A stretch of 64,000 nucleotides of DNA from the NCBI RefSeq assembly GCF_009914755.1, contig NC_060929.1. One strand, 5' to 3'. The notes beneath the pieces were generated by a model. It was not told where the DNA came from. It worked only from the letters and a program-made list of their open reading frames with translations, and made no database searches. Position 1 is the stretch's first letter. Each line of letters begins with the position of its first letter. Both the position numbers and the translations under genes were made by a program. This stretch comes from the human T2T-CHM13v2.0 reference genome, Homo sapiens. Shown piece by piece: positions 25,703-39,165 of the stretch.

Positions 25703-25900
25703 AATGTGGTATAGTATAAAATGCATAGCTTTTGATGTCAGGGAGAATATAGCTGAAATCCTATCTTTGCAACTTAATAGTGAAGTGATCTTGGCAAGCT
25801 ATTTATCTTAATTTAGCCCCAATTTCCCTATCTGCAAAACAGAGATAGTGATGTCTCTGTAACTGGGTTTTGGCACAGATTATATGAGGTTCAGTGTTGG
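25703..25900 (+). mobile_element. MIR
   Basis: tgtggtatagt...gtgatcttggcaagctattt...aatttccctatctgcaaaac. Confidence 0.7.
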
Positions 25901-28769
25901 CCATAAAAAGTATTGACTACTTACAGGATAGGCACTTTGAGAAAGTTGATTAATCTGTGACAACAGGACATATTAATCATTAATTAGACATTAACTAATT
26001 ACTGATAAACTTCTTTCATTGTTTTAAAATATGTGATCAGCATGGTAGTCTGAACAAATCCATGTTCTTCAAAATGCCTGTAGTAGTAGTATTTAGTTTT
26101 TAATTCCCTAAGAAACAACGATTTTAGAATTGGCATATGTAGATGTTAGCTATGTTGCAAAGAGTTTTTTTAAATCAGATACTTATCTGTGTGCAATAAT
26201 GGCAATATTTAGCTAGAGATACACAAAACAAGTTCTTCTATTCCATGCTGATTTCTACACAGGATACATTTTTAGTCTCTAAGCTTTTAAGAATAAGAAT
26301 CTTTATGTATTTACCTTATACAAATGAATAAAATTATAAGCTAATCTTAAATTATTAGGTGTCATTATTTTATAAGTAGTTGATTTTACTCATCACTTAG
26401 TAACTTAAAAATTGTAAAAATTTTAAGAGTTTGATGTGTTTCCTTATTATTAGGTTTCTGAGGAAAAAAGATAAAAGTTTCCTTATAATAATAATAATTT
26501 GGTATGGTATGTACCATTGTCATAATGATGATAGAATTCTGAAATATTTGTATTACTTTGGACCTTTTCTGGTTCTATTTCTCTCCTTCCAATCATAAAC
26601 AAAGGGTCATATTAGTAACTGTAGTTAAATTTTAAAAAATGGAATGAAAGTCGTGCATCTTTGTGGACATTAGAATAAGACATTTGGGGTATCATAGTTG
26701 CTCTTGACTATTTGTAATTTCTTTAATCTTTGAAGAAGCTAATAGAAGGTCTACGCTAGTTTTAAACAAGATATAAAACAAACATTCAATACAGTTAAAA
26801 ATTATTTTTTGGAAACAGTAATTCAGCTATGAAAGCAAATTTGAGTGTATAATCATACAGTAATTTTGGTTATTATGCGTGAAGTTTTAAAAAAGAATGT
26901 GGAAAATAAATACTTTGAGAAATCATTTTATACATCTGTTCAATACGACTACATATCAAAATGAGTCAAGAGATAATGGTAAATATAAGCTCATTAGGGT
27001 ATTCATTAGAGACAGAAAAGTTACAACACTTATTTAAGAATTATAATAACAGAGTTAGGGTTAAAAATGAAAAGAGTTTCTTTCAGTTGGATATAATATG
27101 GTGCCAGATCTACTCTGCCAGTGGCAGAGGGGCATGGTGTTGGTGAATTGTTTTCTTCACTCCTGGGCAAGCCAAGAGAAGGTTTACTTCCAACTCAGAA
27201 GGATATATTATTAGAAAAAGTAATGAAAAGATGCCTGGGAATCTAAAAAGGCTGCTTAACTTTTCCTCCAATTTTTTTCTTGGTCCTGTTAATATTTTGG
27301 GCAGAATCTCTGAAAAACAGAACTTTTCAGGTGTAGACACTTGAAAATATCTCTTGCATGAATATTGAATGAGAGTAGATAATTTAGAAGAATGTCAGGA
27401 CTCTACATTATTTCTCCTCTGATAAAGGGTTAATTTTCAGAATCCCCACCCATCCTTTCTATAGTGAATTACTGATGTACTCATAAATTTGACCAGGAAA
27501 TGTTAACACTTCCTGCTAAAGCTAACTTCAAATAGCAAAGAGGGTATCTGTGTTAAACTATGGTTCAAGGTGAAGCCATTAAGAATAGAGTCAAATTACT
27601 GTTTTTAAAAATATGAATATCATTTTAATAATGAATATGCCTATTTTAGAAAAGTGACTGATACAGAAAAAGTGAATAATGCTTATGTGCTTTCTTAGTA
27701 ATTCTAATTGAGTTTTAAAATATTTTAATTCATTGGTGAAAGTAGACAAGGTGAAATACTGACATGTTTTATCTCTCTACTTATTCATATAGTATTTTTT
27801 CAATAAAATGACTATAGCACACTTTAGTTTTTTTTGAAAAAGTGTATTCTTATAAAATAAACTTAGTCCTCATATATTGAATGTATGAAGTTAGTTTTTA
27901 TTAAAAATTCAAGCAATTTTTGTTTTAAAATCATAAGAGATGAACAGGTTGGGTAAAGGCCTATAATTTATGATGGAAGATTTGAGGATAAAAACCTTGA
28001 AATGTAAATCAAGCATTAAAATATTTTGATACATGATATAGTTCATTTTGTCACTTAAATTTTCAGATATTAAAGAAATAACACCAAGCAGTAAACACAT
28101 TTTGAGTATATAAAGAAAAATAGAGAAACATGTTAACAACTGGATGGATAAAAATCTACACACACACACACACCCCTTTGATCAATTATCTAGATATATT
28201 AGGCATTAATCATTCATTTTTTACCTGTTCATAAGCATTAACTTTGTACGTTATTTCAAACTTCCACTAAGGCTGCTAGTTGTGTCACAGTTACTAAATT
28301 ACTAAATTGAACAGTTACTAAATTAAAATCACCTGCTTGTTTTAGAACTATCACTAAATATCTTGTAAGTGATTATAAACTCCAAATACAAACTGGGCAT
28401 CTCAAATGAAAACGGTAGGGCCAAGAGGACCAAAGATTAATACTTAATTTAAGGCAACGAAGCTAGTATGTCCTTTTAATAAATACTTTTACCTCAACAT
28501 TGCTGAAGCCTAAACAATATATTACATATTTTCTATATAGGCAATGTGCTTATTCTATGAATATGTCATCTTGTACCTTACTGATAAAATGGTCTTGTGC
28601 ATAAGTGATACTCACACACTCACACTGCAGCAGTTTTAAGAGTTAAAGTGGCCAGAGAAATTAACAGTGCTGATAGTACTAAGTTACACATTTAAAAATG
28701 ACACCTTTGTCCTTTGATATCATTTCCCAACAAGGTTATCACTGAAACTTCTTCCATTCCAAAGAATTG

Positions 28770-28993
28770 TATTTCTCAGTCAGCTAAAGTAGCTGACAAC
28801 ACAGTGTGACTTGACGTGCAGCTCTAGTTCCTTTCCTCTTTTTTTTTTTTTTTTCCTTTTTGGAGTTCTCGTAAAAGATTTCAGTTATCTGTCATCAGGC
28901 CCAAGTTTAGATTCTCCCAAGCCAAAGCAGCTTGGAATGTGTCGGTGAAGAGGACACTCCAGACAGGACAATATGCTTGTCTACGGGGTGAGC
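28770..28993 (+). promoter_or_regulatory. Candidate promoter / short first exon
   Basis: Inverted GCTGAC pair, TGACGTG at 28812, aatATG at 28973, donor GGG|GTGAGC at 28988. Confidence 0.35.
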
Positions 28994-29354
28994 GTGAAGA
29001 AGAATGCTAAGAGCTTGTAGCAATGTTGCTTTGGCTGGTGTAAGCCACAGAGAGGAGAATGGATCTGCTGGAAATGAATCCTGGTGCTGAAAGGGTACAC
29101 TTCAACCTTTCAGTTTGTACACAAACCTCAGAGCAACAGCATTATCTGGCAATTGGCCTTCTTATGCCTAATTTTCAACCCACAAGTAGGAGTGAGGATG
29201 TTGAGGATATCCTCACCCTTAGAGTTATTCACTTTGCATAATGACTCTACTTAGCACCTTAGGAGGGAGTGCTGATGTCTAAGTGCTCCATAGTCATGAC
29301 TGTGTACCCTTCAATTAAGCAGTCCAGATATGAGTTCTTTTAAGATAAACTGAA

Positions 29355-29465
29355 AGTGATTATGGTGGTGGTTACAGGGGCATGTACATTTGTCAAAACT
29401 CATCTAACACTTGAAATAGGTGAATTTTATTGTAAGTAAATTATAGCTCAATAGAGCTGATAAGA
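29355..29465 (+). mobile_element. L1MC/ME 3' terminus
   Basis: ggtggttacag...catttgtcaaaactcatc...ttttattgtaagtaaattatagctcaat. Confidence 0.7.
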
Positions 29466-29616
29466 AGCAAGTTTAGGAATCTTGAAGCATGAAGAACTGT
29501 TAGATAAAATAAGAAAGCTGCTGTCATCAGGAGCATACTAATTTTAGTTATTATTATAAGAATAAACTTTTTTGAGTAGAGAATACATTAATCATTTTAA
29601 GATTTTTTTGAAAATA

Positions 29617-29925
29617 TATTTATTTTCTAATGGACATATTGTAATTGTACTTATCCATGGGGTACAATTTGATGTTTCCATACATATTTGTGTTATATAA
29701 TGATCCAATCATAGTATTTAGTGTGTCCATCACCTCATGTGTTTATCATTTTTTTGTGATGAGAACATTCATAAGCCTCTTTTCTAGCTATTTTGTAATA
29801 TACAATATTTTGCTGTTAACCATAGTCACCCTATTGTGCAATACATCAGAATGTATTCCTCTTATCTAATGATAATAACTTTATACCTGTTGATCAACCT
29901 GTCATCATGCTCCCTCTCTCCTCCC
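29617..29925 (-). mobile_element. L1MA-type 3' end
   Basis: atggggtacaatttgatgttt...tccatcacctca...gtgatgagaacattc...ttctagctattttgtaatatacaat...accatagtcaccct. Confidence 0.85.
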
Positions 29926-30136
29926 TATTAATTATTTGTAATAAACAATAAACCATTCCATAACTGACTCATTTTACAATGATTATATGAATTAAAAAAG
30001 CATGCCTTCCTTTTTAACCATTGTATTTCCAGGTATTTGTCTGATTTATGGCAAATAGTAGGTACTCAATAAATATTAATGGTATAGTTGATGCCTAAAA
30101 TTGTAATCACTAGCATATAAAATGTTATTATGCATT

Positions 30137-30271
30137 CTTTTTTTTTTTTTTTTTAGAGATGGGGGCCTCACTGTGTCACCCAGGTTGGTCTCAAACTATT
30201 GGGCTTAAGTGATCCTCGTGCTGTGGCCTCCCAAACTGCTGAGATTACAGGCATGAGCTACTGCGTCTGTC
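30137..30271 (-). mobile_element. FLAM (free left Alu monomer)
   Basis: Single monomer with poly-T; TSD attatgcatt on both sides. Confidence 0.9.
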
Positions 30272-31899
30272 TTCATTATGCATTACTGACTTAAAATATA
30301 TTATATATATAATATGTAATATATAAAGCAAATGGAAATAGCTGAAAGTTAATTAGAACTGCTTTGCTAAATATCCTTTAACACTGTCCTAGTTTACTCA
30401 TTATATGATAAGTTTCCCATGTTGGATTTTACTGCACTAACCTGATGATCAACATCACAAGTAGCAACCCAAGCTCTTTATATTGTGCTTGATTCTGATG
30501 TGTCCTCATGGGAGAATCAAGAGATTTCCTGTCTATTTCATTTTGAGGATATGAGGCTTTCTATAACCTGATGCACAACGATGTGCTTATTTTGGGAGGT
30601 GGGTGAGAAAAATAACAATATTTGAAACTTTCAGCTTCTGTTTCTTCAAGAAGGTGGTGGTGGGAATGAGTGAGAGTGAGAAGCTTTGCCCTTTAAAGAT
30701 AGTTGCAATGCTCTGTGCTGTGCCATAGAGTCATCGGTATTTTCAATGATTTGGGGAGCATGCTGACGGAAGAATTATGCCTTCATTTCTGAAGAATTCT
30801 TTGCCAGTTTGATTGCTTTTGGAAAACATTTAAGTCATTTTGGAATCTAAAGAGACCAAAAAAAAAAAAAAAGATAGTGAAAGAAATAGGCAAGTCTTCT
30901 TTTTGATTGAGGGGTGATGGCAGATAGTGATCACAATGTTTGGAGAAAATGAATTATTTTAGGGTGAAATGTACAACTGGGGACTTGTCTTACTTACTTT
31001 ACAACTCACAGCAATAGTTTAGGTTGGCACTGAGTTGAGTATCCCACATTTCAGAACACAACCCTGAAGAATATGGGAATGGAGAAGAGACACTCCCTTC
31101 TACTGTGTTTAACTCTTACCTAAAGACAGTATAGGGGAAGGGACTACAAATGTCATTTTGAAGTGGTATATATGAGACCCTGCATCAATAGTACTAAATA
31201 TTTAAGACAAATAAATAAATATTTATGACAAATATTTAAGACAAAAACTAAAGAGTTTCTCAAAATATTTATGAATTAAGACTTCTTCCTAGAATGTTTC
31301 CAACCGGATTTGGTTACAAATACAAATATCTTGTAATAAGCTCTTATTTGGGTAAGTAAAATCACTTTACTTAATTTTTATGTGAATATTTGTAGACAGG
31401 AGATAAATGAATACATATAGTGTTGCAGGCATCAAGAATCCTCTGTGGACTAAAGTTTGGACCTAATATTCTCTTACCAATTATGACTACCGTCATCATA
31501 GACTCATTACATTTTCATATTTTTTCCATTACACTATAAGCAGTTTCATGGCTGGGACAAGTTTGCATCACAGGCAGTATCTACCGTGTATATGATGCTC
31601 ATTGATTATTTGTGGAATTGTCGAGTGAATAAATTAACAAACAAATGAATACATGTGTGTAAACACCTGTGGTAAAACCTATCAATTGTTCCTTGGTTTT
31701 TCTTTTTCCATCCTTTTTTTTATTACTAGAATCATCCAAGTATAAGTGGAGCACATGATTGCTCAGATAGTTTCCATTTTCAATTTTTCTTGCAGCTAAT
31801 TTTGATCATATCACTAAGTTTGGACCATTCTGATATCATCAGAAGAGATGTCTGCAAATTTTGTGATTTCCAACTGAAGACAATCTGCCAGCCCTGGGT

Positions 31900-32162
31900 T
31901 TCCACTCTTTTCCCTCATCATGAACTGGAACACTAACTTGATTGTGAGTTAGGTCCAAATATGCAAAGGGAGAAAACACCCTATGAGATAACAGAGCATG
32001 AACATGGGAGGAATTTGGACCTCTGAGTGATGACTTGTAGCACAATCACTGCTCCAGCCTGGACTACTCAAACTGGAATAAAAGGGAAAATTATCTATTT
32101 AATTTAAACTATTTTATTGGAGAATCTTTGTTATAGCAGCTTAACATATCTTCTACCAATAT
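31900..32162 (+). mobile_element. Old MLT1 (J/K/L-like) LTR 3' part
   Basis: ccagcctggacta...tctttgttatagcagcttaacatatcttctaccaatata resembles an MLT1 3' end. Confidence 0.5.
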
Positions 32163-32634
32163 ATGCAGACAAGTATATGGTACACTATGCAATCACCTAT
32201 GTATGAGTTGAGTTACAAGGGAGAGGAAGAGAGTGATCTCATTAAATTTTTTTTAAAACTCCTTTGCTATTTTTTCACTTTATATGTGAACACACAATGC
32301 TTATGTAGTAATTCACCAATTTTTAGACTTACAAAATTACTATTATAGAATAAAGAGTTGGAAGTCTATGCCTTAACTTTGAACTTGAGACTTAATCTTA
32401 GTGGGCCCCATTTTCAAAATAGAAGATTTAAGCAATAAAATTTTATTTATCTTGAAATTTTAGGAATCATTCTTAAAGTTGTAGTCATATAAATTTTAAA
32501 AAATTCCAGTGAGGTAATTTCCCATTGATTTTGCATATAGCTAAAGTATTTCCAAACTTAACCACAGGGCTCATTAGAAAAAAATCTACATGCTTTCTAA
32601 GATGTTTCCTCCACAGTCAATTATAGACGCGTAG

Positions 32635-32780
32635 CCTTATATTCTAAGTAATAATAGAATATAAGGTTCTATCCATATTTTAAATAATTTATTTATATTC
32701 TAAGTAATAGAATATAAGCTTCTATTTACATTCGAAATAATAAAATTTATTTATACTCTAGGTAATAGAATTTATTAAGG
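32635..32780. repeat. ~57-bp AT-rich tandem repeat (about 2.5 copies) with internal palindromes
   Basis: ttatattctaagtaat...agaatataag at 32637 and 32693, degenerate third copy at 32751. Confidence 0.85.
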
Positions 32781-33904
32781 TCCTTTGGATTCTGTTCTTT
32801 GGATTCTCGTCTATCTGTAAGGACAATCTAACAGGCTTTACACTAGTGTAGATCTAAGAATGGTAGGAAGTAAACTTTTCTTTGTTTTCTTCTAAATTTT
32901 GCTGTATGAACAATTTTCACATCTGAATTGAGAATATGTATTTCACTTATGGGAGTATCAAAAATTTATCTTCTTAGTTTTCAGTTCTCCCAATATTTGT
33001 CACTCTAAAATTGTTGTAAACATCTATAAATGTTATAATAATGTAATACAAGTCAACTGTGGTTGTTCAATGAGGAATACAAAGAGGTTTCAAATATGCT
33101 TTCTGTTTTAAGGGTGCCTGAAGACTCATGAGAAAATAGAATACACACCTACACACACAAATACAAATGAAAGTAGTGTTACAGATCTTTGCACAGCACT
33201 TGGGCAGCTCAGATGTGAGAGAGATATGAGTAAAATGGGGAACTGAAATTTCAATAGTCTACTAGTCAATGGGAAATTGAAATGGAATTTGAGGTTATGA
33301 ATAGGCACTAACCAAGAGCCTGGAAATATATTTCAGTCAGATGGGGACAAGGTGGGAATGTACATCATATTTGCAAAGCTACGAGTAGCCTGGTTTAACT
33401 GAAGCAGTAGGCTTGGGTGGTGTATATGGGGAATACAGGCTTTGGGGCTAATTTTGGGCCAAATCACGTCAGCTCTTGAAGACAAACATGAGGAGCATGA
33501 ATTTTATTCATTTTTCTAAGGATAAAAGGGGACACAAAAATTGGCCTTTTAGAAAGATAAATTTGAGAGAATTATGTGACAGGGATTACAGAAAACAAAC
33601 TGAAGGGAGATAATTAAACTGGGGGAAAGTTACAGTTACCCAGGCAGGCAGGGATGTTGAGTTGAACAAGACAAAGTGGCAGGCTGTGTGAATTGTAGAA
33701 CATTATTGTATTGACAAAGAATTTAATGGAATGTGTTTATGTGGTTCCTGGTGGTTTTTATTATATTCTCTTCACTGCCTTGCCTTAATTGAGATCTGTC
33801 TTCTCATTGTTAATTCTGAAACTCTTATGACTCTGCCACATTAAGAATTTTTATTTTATTAGTTGTACAAGTACTAGTAGTAATAGTAGTAGTAGCTATC
33901 CTTT

Positions 33905-34215
33905 CATGATAACTTTTGTTGATGACTTCCTATGTGCCATGCTCTATCTTAAACAATGTGCATGTATTATTAGGTTGAACTACATAAAATTGCTATTCTT
34001 ACAGGTCAAAAATGATTGAAGAGCAGCAATTTCATGTGGTTCACTTAATCTTCACAACCACCATATGAGTTAGTTACTATTATTATCCCAATTTTCATGC
34101 AAGAAAACTGAAGCATAGAGAGGTTAATATTTGCCTAAGGTTGTAAAACCAGTAAGTGGCACAGCTGGGATTCAAACACAAGCAGTGCTTCTCCAGAGTC
34201 CAACTGAACCACCTG
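33905..34215 (-). mobile_element. MIR interrupted by Made2
   Basis: cctatgtgcca...[Made2]...tcttcacaacc...tattatcccaatttt...aaactgaagcatagagaggtt...gtaagtggcacagctgggattcaaac. Confidence 0.8.
33970..34048. mobile_element. Made2 (mariner MITE)
   Basis: ttaggttgaactacataaaattgc...gcaatttcatgtggttcacttaa, ~80-bp palindromic element preceded by TA. Confidence 0.85.
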
Positions 34216-34219
34216 CTCT

Positions 34220-34410
34220 CAGCTTACACTGTACTAAACTCTTTTATCTCATGTAATCTTCCCAGCAAACTTAGGAAGCAGGCACATTCCTGTTTTACAG
34301 ATAAGAAAAGTGAGGCACAGAAAACTAGTTTGCCTATGGTTACCTACATAAGGAGAAACAGTCATGATTTGAACCTAGCTGTGTCTGATTCCAGAATGGT
34401 AACATTCACC
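34220..34410 (-). mobile_element. MIR
   Basis: ttttacagataagaaaagtgaggcacaga...gatttgaacctagctgtgtctgattccaga. Confidence 0.8.
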
Positions 34411-35351
34411 CTTTATTCTGTAGCCTGAGAGAGCAGGCAGGATGAGGATTCTCTTGGCTGCCTTTCAATGTTTTCAAGAGATTGTTCTACAAATTCCTTT
34501 TCATTATTCCACTTTCCTTTTTAATTTATGGACTTTATCAGCATCCCAAAGTATTCGATATCTGTAATATTTTGAAATTTTCTTGACACTACAGCTTGCT
34601 ACCATTCTCTGTCTCTCATGTTTACTAAACATTGCTTTTGACCTCACACTTAACATCAGTTTCTTAATCCAATTTGATTTTATAAGTCCGTTTCTTGTTT
34701 CACTTCATATGCAAACTATAATGGATGCCATGCTCAGTTATTTCACCTCTATCTTCCTTATCATTTTCCATTTCCTAACCCGAGCAAACTGACACATTTA
34801 TTTCAGTTTGTCAGTTAATTCCCCAAACCTAGCTCAACCAAATGATCAATTTTCTCTAATTCCGCTCACAAGCAATTTGGATAGAGTTGGAGAAAATTAC
34901 AGAAGTGGATTAAGTTCAATGTAAATGTGTGATCTAAGTTGGACCCTTGATACTGTAGAGTAATCTTAATTTAAAAAACTAATTTATCTCATTTATTTTT
35001 TATTCAAGTTTCCATATACCTGCAGAAGTCATTTTAAACTGTATCTTCTTTTCTCAAATCGTCAATTCTTTTTCTATCTTTTTCATTATCAATTCCTAAT
35101 TTAACAGAAAAATCTTGCATTCCCTGTCTTACAACCATGCTTGTTCACTTCTTTTCCCAAGTTAATAGTATCTCATCCTACTCAGAACAAAATATTGCTC
35201 CCCTTTGTCCCCTCCTTCACAAAGTTAATTCTCCCAGAATTTCACCCCTTTCTGGGAGTTTGAACATTAGGTTATCTTTTATCTTTGGAATCATCATCTC
35301 CCACTCATTTGTGATTGAATCTCTTGTTGCTGCTTAAAAAATATACCCAAA

Positions 35352-35701
35352 GCGGTGTTTGGTTTTCTGTTCCTGTGCTACTTTGATGAGGATGATGGTT
35401 TCCAGCTTCATTCATGCCCCTGCAAAGTGGGAGTTGAACAATGAGAACACATGGACACAGGGAGAGCAACATCACACACCGGGGCCTGTCCGGGCATGGG
35501 GGGCAAGGGGAGGGACAGCATTAGGACAAAGACCTAATACATGCAGGGCTTACAACCTACATGACAGGTTGATGGGTGCAGCAAACCACCATGGCACATG
35601 TATACCTATGTAACAAAACTGCATGTTCGGCACATGTATCCCAGAACTTAAAGTAAAATAAAAAAAAATTATAAAACAAAATGGGAAACAAACAAACAAA
35701 A
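35352..35701 (+). mobile_element. 5'-truncated L1PA7/8-like insertion with inverted 5' segment
   Basis: 35352-35426 antisense and 35427-~35700 sense L1 3'UTR with A-tail; TSD atacccaaagc at 35343 and 35702. Confidence 0.92.
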
Positions 35702-36559
35702 ATACCCAAAGCTTCAGCCACTCCTTCCTAAGAAGAAAACAGATCTTTCCTTGATGTGGATTCCCGAAGACTTCTATAGTTACTTAAAGTTACCACCTCT
35801 GACTCAGTGCTGGAAAATGGCAGCCTTTTCCTAAACCGCTTGTCTGTCTTATTTCTCCTCACAAAATGCTTCCTAAACTTCTCCACATCTTTCCCAGTTC
35901 TCATCACATGCTCTATTTGCCATTTATAGCCTCATCTTGCTCTTTATCTCATGAGCTCAGCATTGTCTCCACTTAAATCTGCTGCCTTTTGCTAAATGCA
36001 GACTCAACCCAGTTTAGAGTAGACTTTCTGCTGGAGGATTCTCTAGCCATATGATTGGAATGCAAGTAATTTTTCCTTTCCTGTCTGCCACTCTGACTCC
36101 TTTCTTACATACTCTGAAATCTATCTCCAGAGTGGTCTCCCCGTACGACCTACTATAAAATTGTGTTTGATGTTTCAACCTCTTGAAATCTGGCTTTATT
36201 CTCAACACTCTACTAACTATTCTTACTATCATCATCAATAACCTTCAAGTTGAGTTTTCAAATCAAATGTTCTGATTTCATTTTCCCTCCTTTCTTCCAT
36301 GTTGTCAAGGCATCTTTCTCCAATATTTTTTCTTTTCTGAATTCTTTCATAACACTGTCATTTATTAATTAAGCCTGTAAAATTTTTGGGCATGTTTTAT
36401 ATTACAGGCAATTCGCTAGGCTCTAAGGAGAGAGAGAAGAACCAAACACAGTTTTTGTCCTCAAAAAACTGATGGTCTATGAAAGGAGAGAGACAAGAAA
36501 ATCAACATGTAAAATAAAATATGTTAATGGCTTAACAGAGCATTAAAAAACCTGAAGAG

Positions 36560-36848
36560 GGCTGGGCGCGGTGGCTCAGGTCTATAATCCCAGCACTTTG
36601 GGAAGCTGAGGTCACTTGAGGTCAGAAGTTTGAAACTAGCTTGGCCAACATGCGAAACCCCGTCTCTACTGAAAACACAAAAATTATCCAGGCATGGTGG
36701 TGCATGCCTATAATCCCAGGTATTCAGGAAGCTGAGGCAGGAGAATTGCTTGAATCCGGGAGGCAGAGGTTGCGGTGAGCCGAGATCTCCAGCTTAAGTG
36801 ACAGAGACAGACTCCATCTCAAAACAAACAAACAAACAAAAAAAAAAA
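36560..36848 (+). mobile_element. AluS (Sx/Sz-like) with two small internal deletions
   Basis: Dimer with (AAAC)n tail; TSD aaaaaacctgaagagg; sits in an antisense L2 tail (~36360-36900). Confidence 0.95.
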
Positions 36849-39134
36849 CCTGAAGAGGACATGGTAGAAAGAGAATAAAAGGATATTTTCTCAGCTTGGA
36901 AAAGTTTTTAACATCCCTTCTTTCATATCCATTCACTAATTTCTCTCCTCTTCCTGCTTCTTAAATATCAGCACTCTACATTCTTCTTTTCTAACACTAT
37001 TATATTTTCTCTTTCAAACTATCTTCCACACCCATATTTTACCTTACCTTACTAGAAGAGTATCAGTAGCCTAGTTCCATCTGCCAAGTTCAAGATATGT
37101 TGGTGTTATCTTCATTGTGTTAAAAAAAAAAGTTCAATTGTTCTTCTCTAAAATCTATAGAAAAAAAAAAGACAAAAGAAAGCTGTCTTTCTTTGTTGAT
37201 AGTCTCATCTATTCAGTCCCCAAGTTAGTGATCTCACATTATCTGAATTACCACCATGTTATTTATGTATTTAGAGCCCCAGTTAGGTAATTAATTAAAG
37301 AGAGACCCATTGCTTCTTCAATTTGTGGTTGAACTTTGCCTAACCAATGGAAGGCATAAAGGTGTTTATAAATGGATGCATGAAGGTGAGGAAACAGATT
37401 AAGAATTATTAACAACTTACTCAGAATAATGCAGTGTGGTGATTTGCAGGCTTGAACCTTGGTAATTGGGAGAAAGGCCACATCATTAATACTAAGTGAG
37501 GAAAGGAGGAAGCATAAACTCTTGGTTTGCTTTTACATTTTTAAGATTGATGTATTGATAGGCATTCAGACAGAGGGCTGCAGGTTGCATTTGGAAATAT
37601 TGCCCTGGACTTGAAGAAGGCTGAGAACACTTGCTGACAATGGGAGTGTTACAGTCAGTACTTGGATGCAGGAAAAAGAATAAATGACTCAAAGCTTAAG
37701 AATGGTTGATAGCATCATCTCAGTGCTATTACAGACATAGAGAAATGTAGGGGAATTTTAATTTTAGATATACTGTGTGTGGGGTCAAAATTTAATACCC
37801 AAGTGGAAAAGTCCCTGCAGATTTGTTTAGACAACTATGGAGAAGCTACAGAGCCAACTGTTGAATTGGACCAGTGTCCTGTCACAAACATCAAAGCTGA
37901 TAGAATATAAGGGTCTGTTTGGTTTGACTAACCTGGAGAATAGCAGTGGTGTCCTCTTGTCACTCTTCTACTGAACAACCAAGAAAATGAAATTTTATAA
38001 GGAAGTGATGAATCCCAGTGAAAGGAATTAAAGCTCAACCTGAATGAGGTGAGAAAAAACAAAACAAAACATCACCAATTGATTGTCCCATTTGATTTAG
38101 TAACCATGTAGTACAAAATTACACTAGAATGGTAGGGGGAGGAGTTAGGCAATGAGTGATTAAGAAGAAACAGATGAGGCAGTAAACATAAAGCACATTT
38201 CAAGAAATTTGGCAGAAAATGAAAGAAGTGTATGAAATAGTAACTCTAGCAGTAGCTAAGTCAAATTAATTTAATTTTAACTTACTTTGTTTCTTCCTTT
38301 TCCTTTCTTTTATTTGAAGGTGGGGTAGGGTGGGGAAGGGAGTACCTATTATGTTCATGGGTAGAGAGTAGGTAGCATAGAAGAGAAGGGGGAAATTGGC
38401 AATTGAGTATGAACCAAATGGAATGGATAGCTAGCTTGGAAGATGCTTTTCAGTTGAACATAACCCACCCAATTGATATTCAGTAAGTCTCTTCATAACA
38501 CCAAGCTGCAAATTGATTTTTCTCGAGGGCATAATGCTACTTTGGTGGCCTGAGTCCAGGATTCTAAGGCATTTTATTTTTTCTTTCTTAAGTTGGGAAT
38601 GTTCAAGCATGTAGAGATCTAATCCTCCTTCTGACCTTTACATACCTTACTTTGTGGTTTTAAGGAAAATGGGCCAAAGCAATGAATGGAGACATGGGAT
38701 TCACAGTTCAGAGGCTGGTTATGCATATAGCAGATACAATTTACAATCATGATTTTAACATTGTCTTTGCTAACAATTTTTTTGGGGAACAGGAAGTTAG
38801 TATTTGCTTCAGTGTATCCCATAGGGATATTATCAAGTGTAATAAAATAATTAAAATATTTTGTAGAAATTAAAGAAATTACATTTATATTTTACTGTAA
38901 GTTGCCTTTGTGAATACCAACTTATTGATGTAAATGTTATCTAATTTTCTGTGGAAAATCTCCTTACAAAACAGATAATTGACTGGTGTTACTGTGTTTC
39001 ATCAAGCTGGCAGTACTCCTGTATCAATGTGGTATTCTTTGTTTAGGAGAAAATATTTTAAAACCTGCCACATATATTAATGTGTATTTTTAAAAATAAT
39101 TCAATAAATTCATTCCAGACTTTACATTTATTTG

Positions 39135-39165
39135 TTAGGCTGGTGCAAAAGTAATTGCAGTTTTG
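39135..39165 (+). mobile_element. Solo Hsmar1/Made1 terminal inverted repeat
   Basis: ttaggctggtgcaaaagtaattgcagttttg vs consensus TTAGGTTGGTGCAAAAGTAATTGCGGTTTTTG. Confidence 0.85.

Noticed and set aside
32635-32780. CRISPR-like palindromic repeat array
   Set aside because: Primate DNA, spacers are similar to each other, only ~2.5 units, no cas genes
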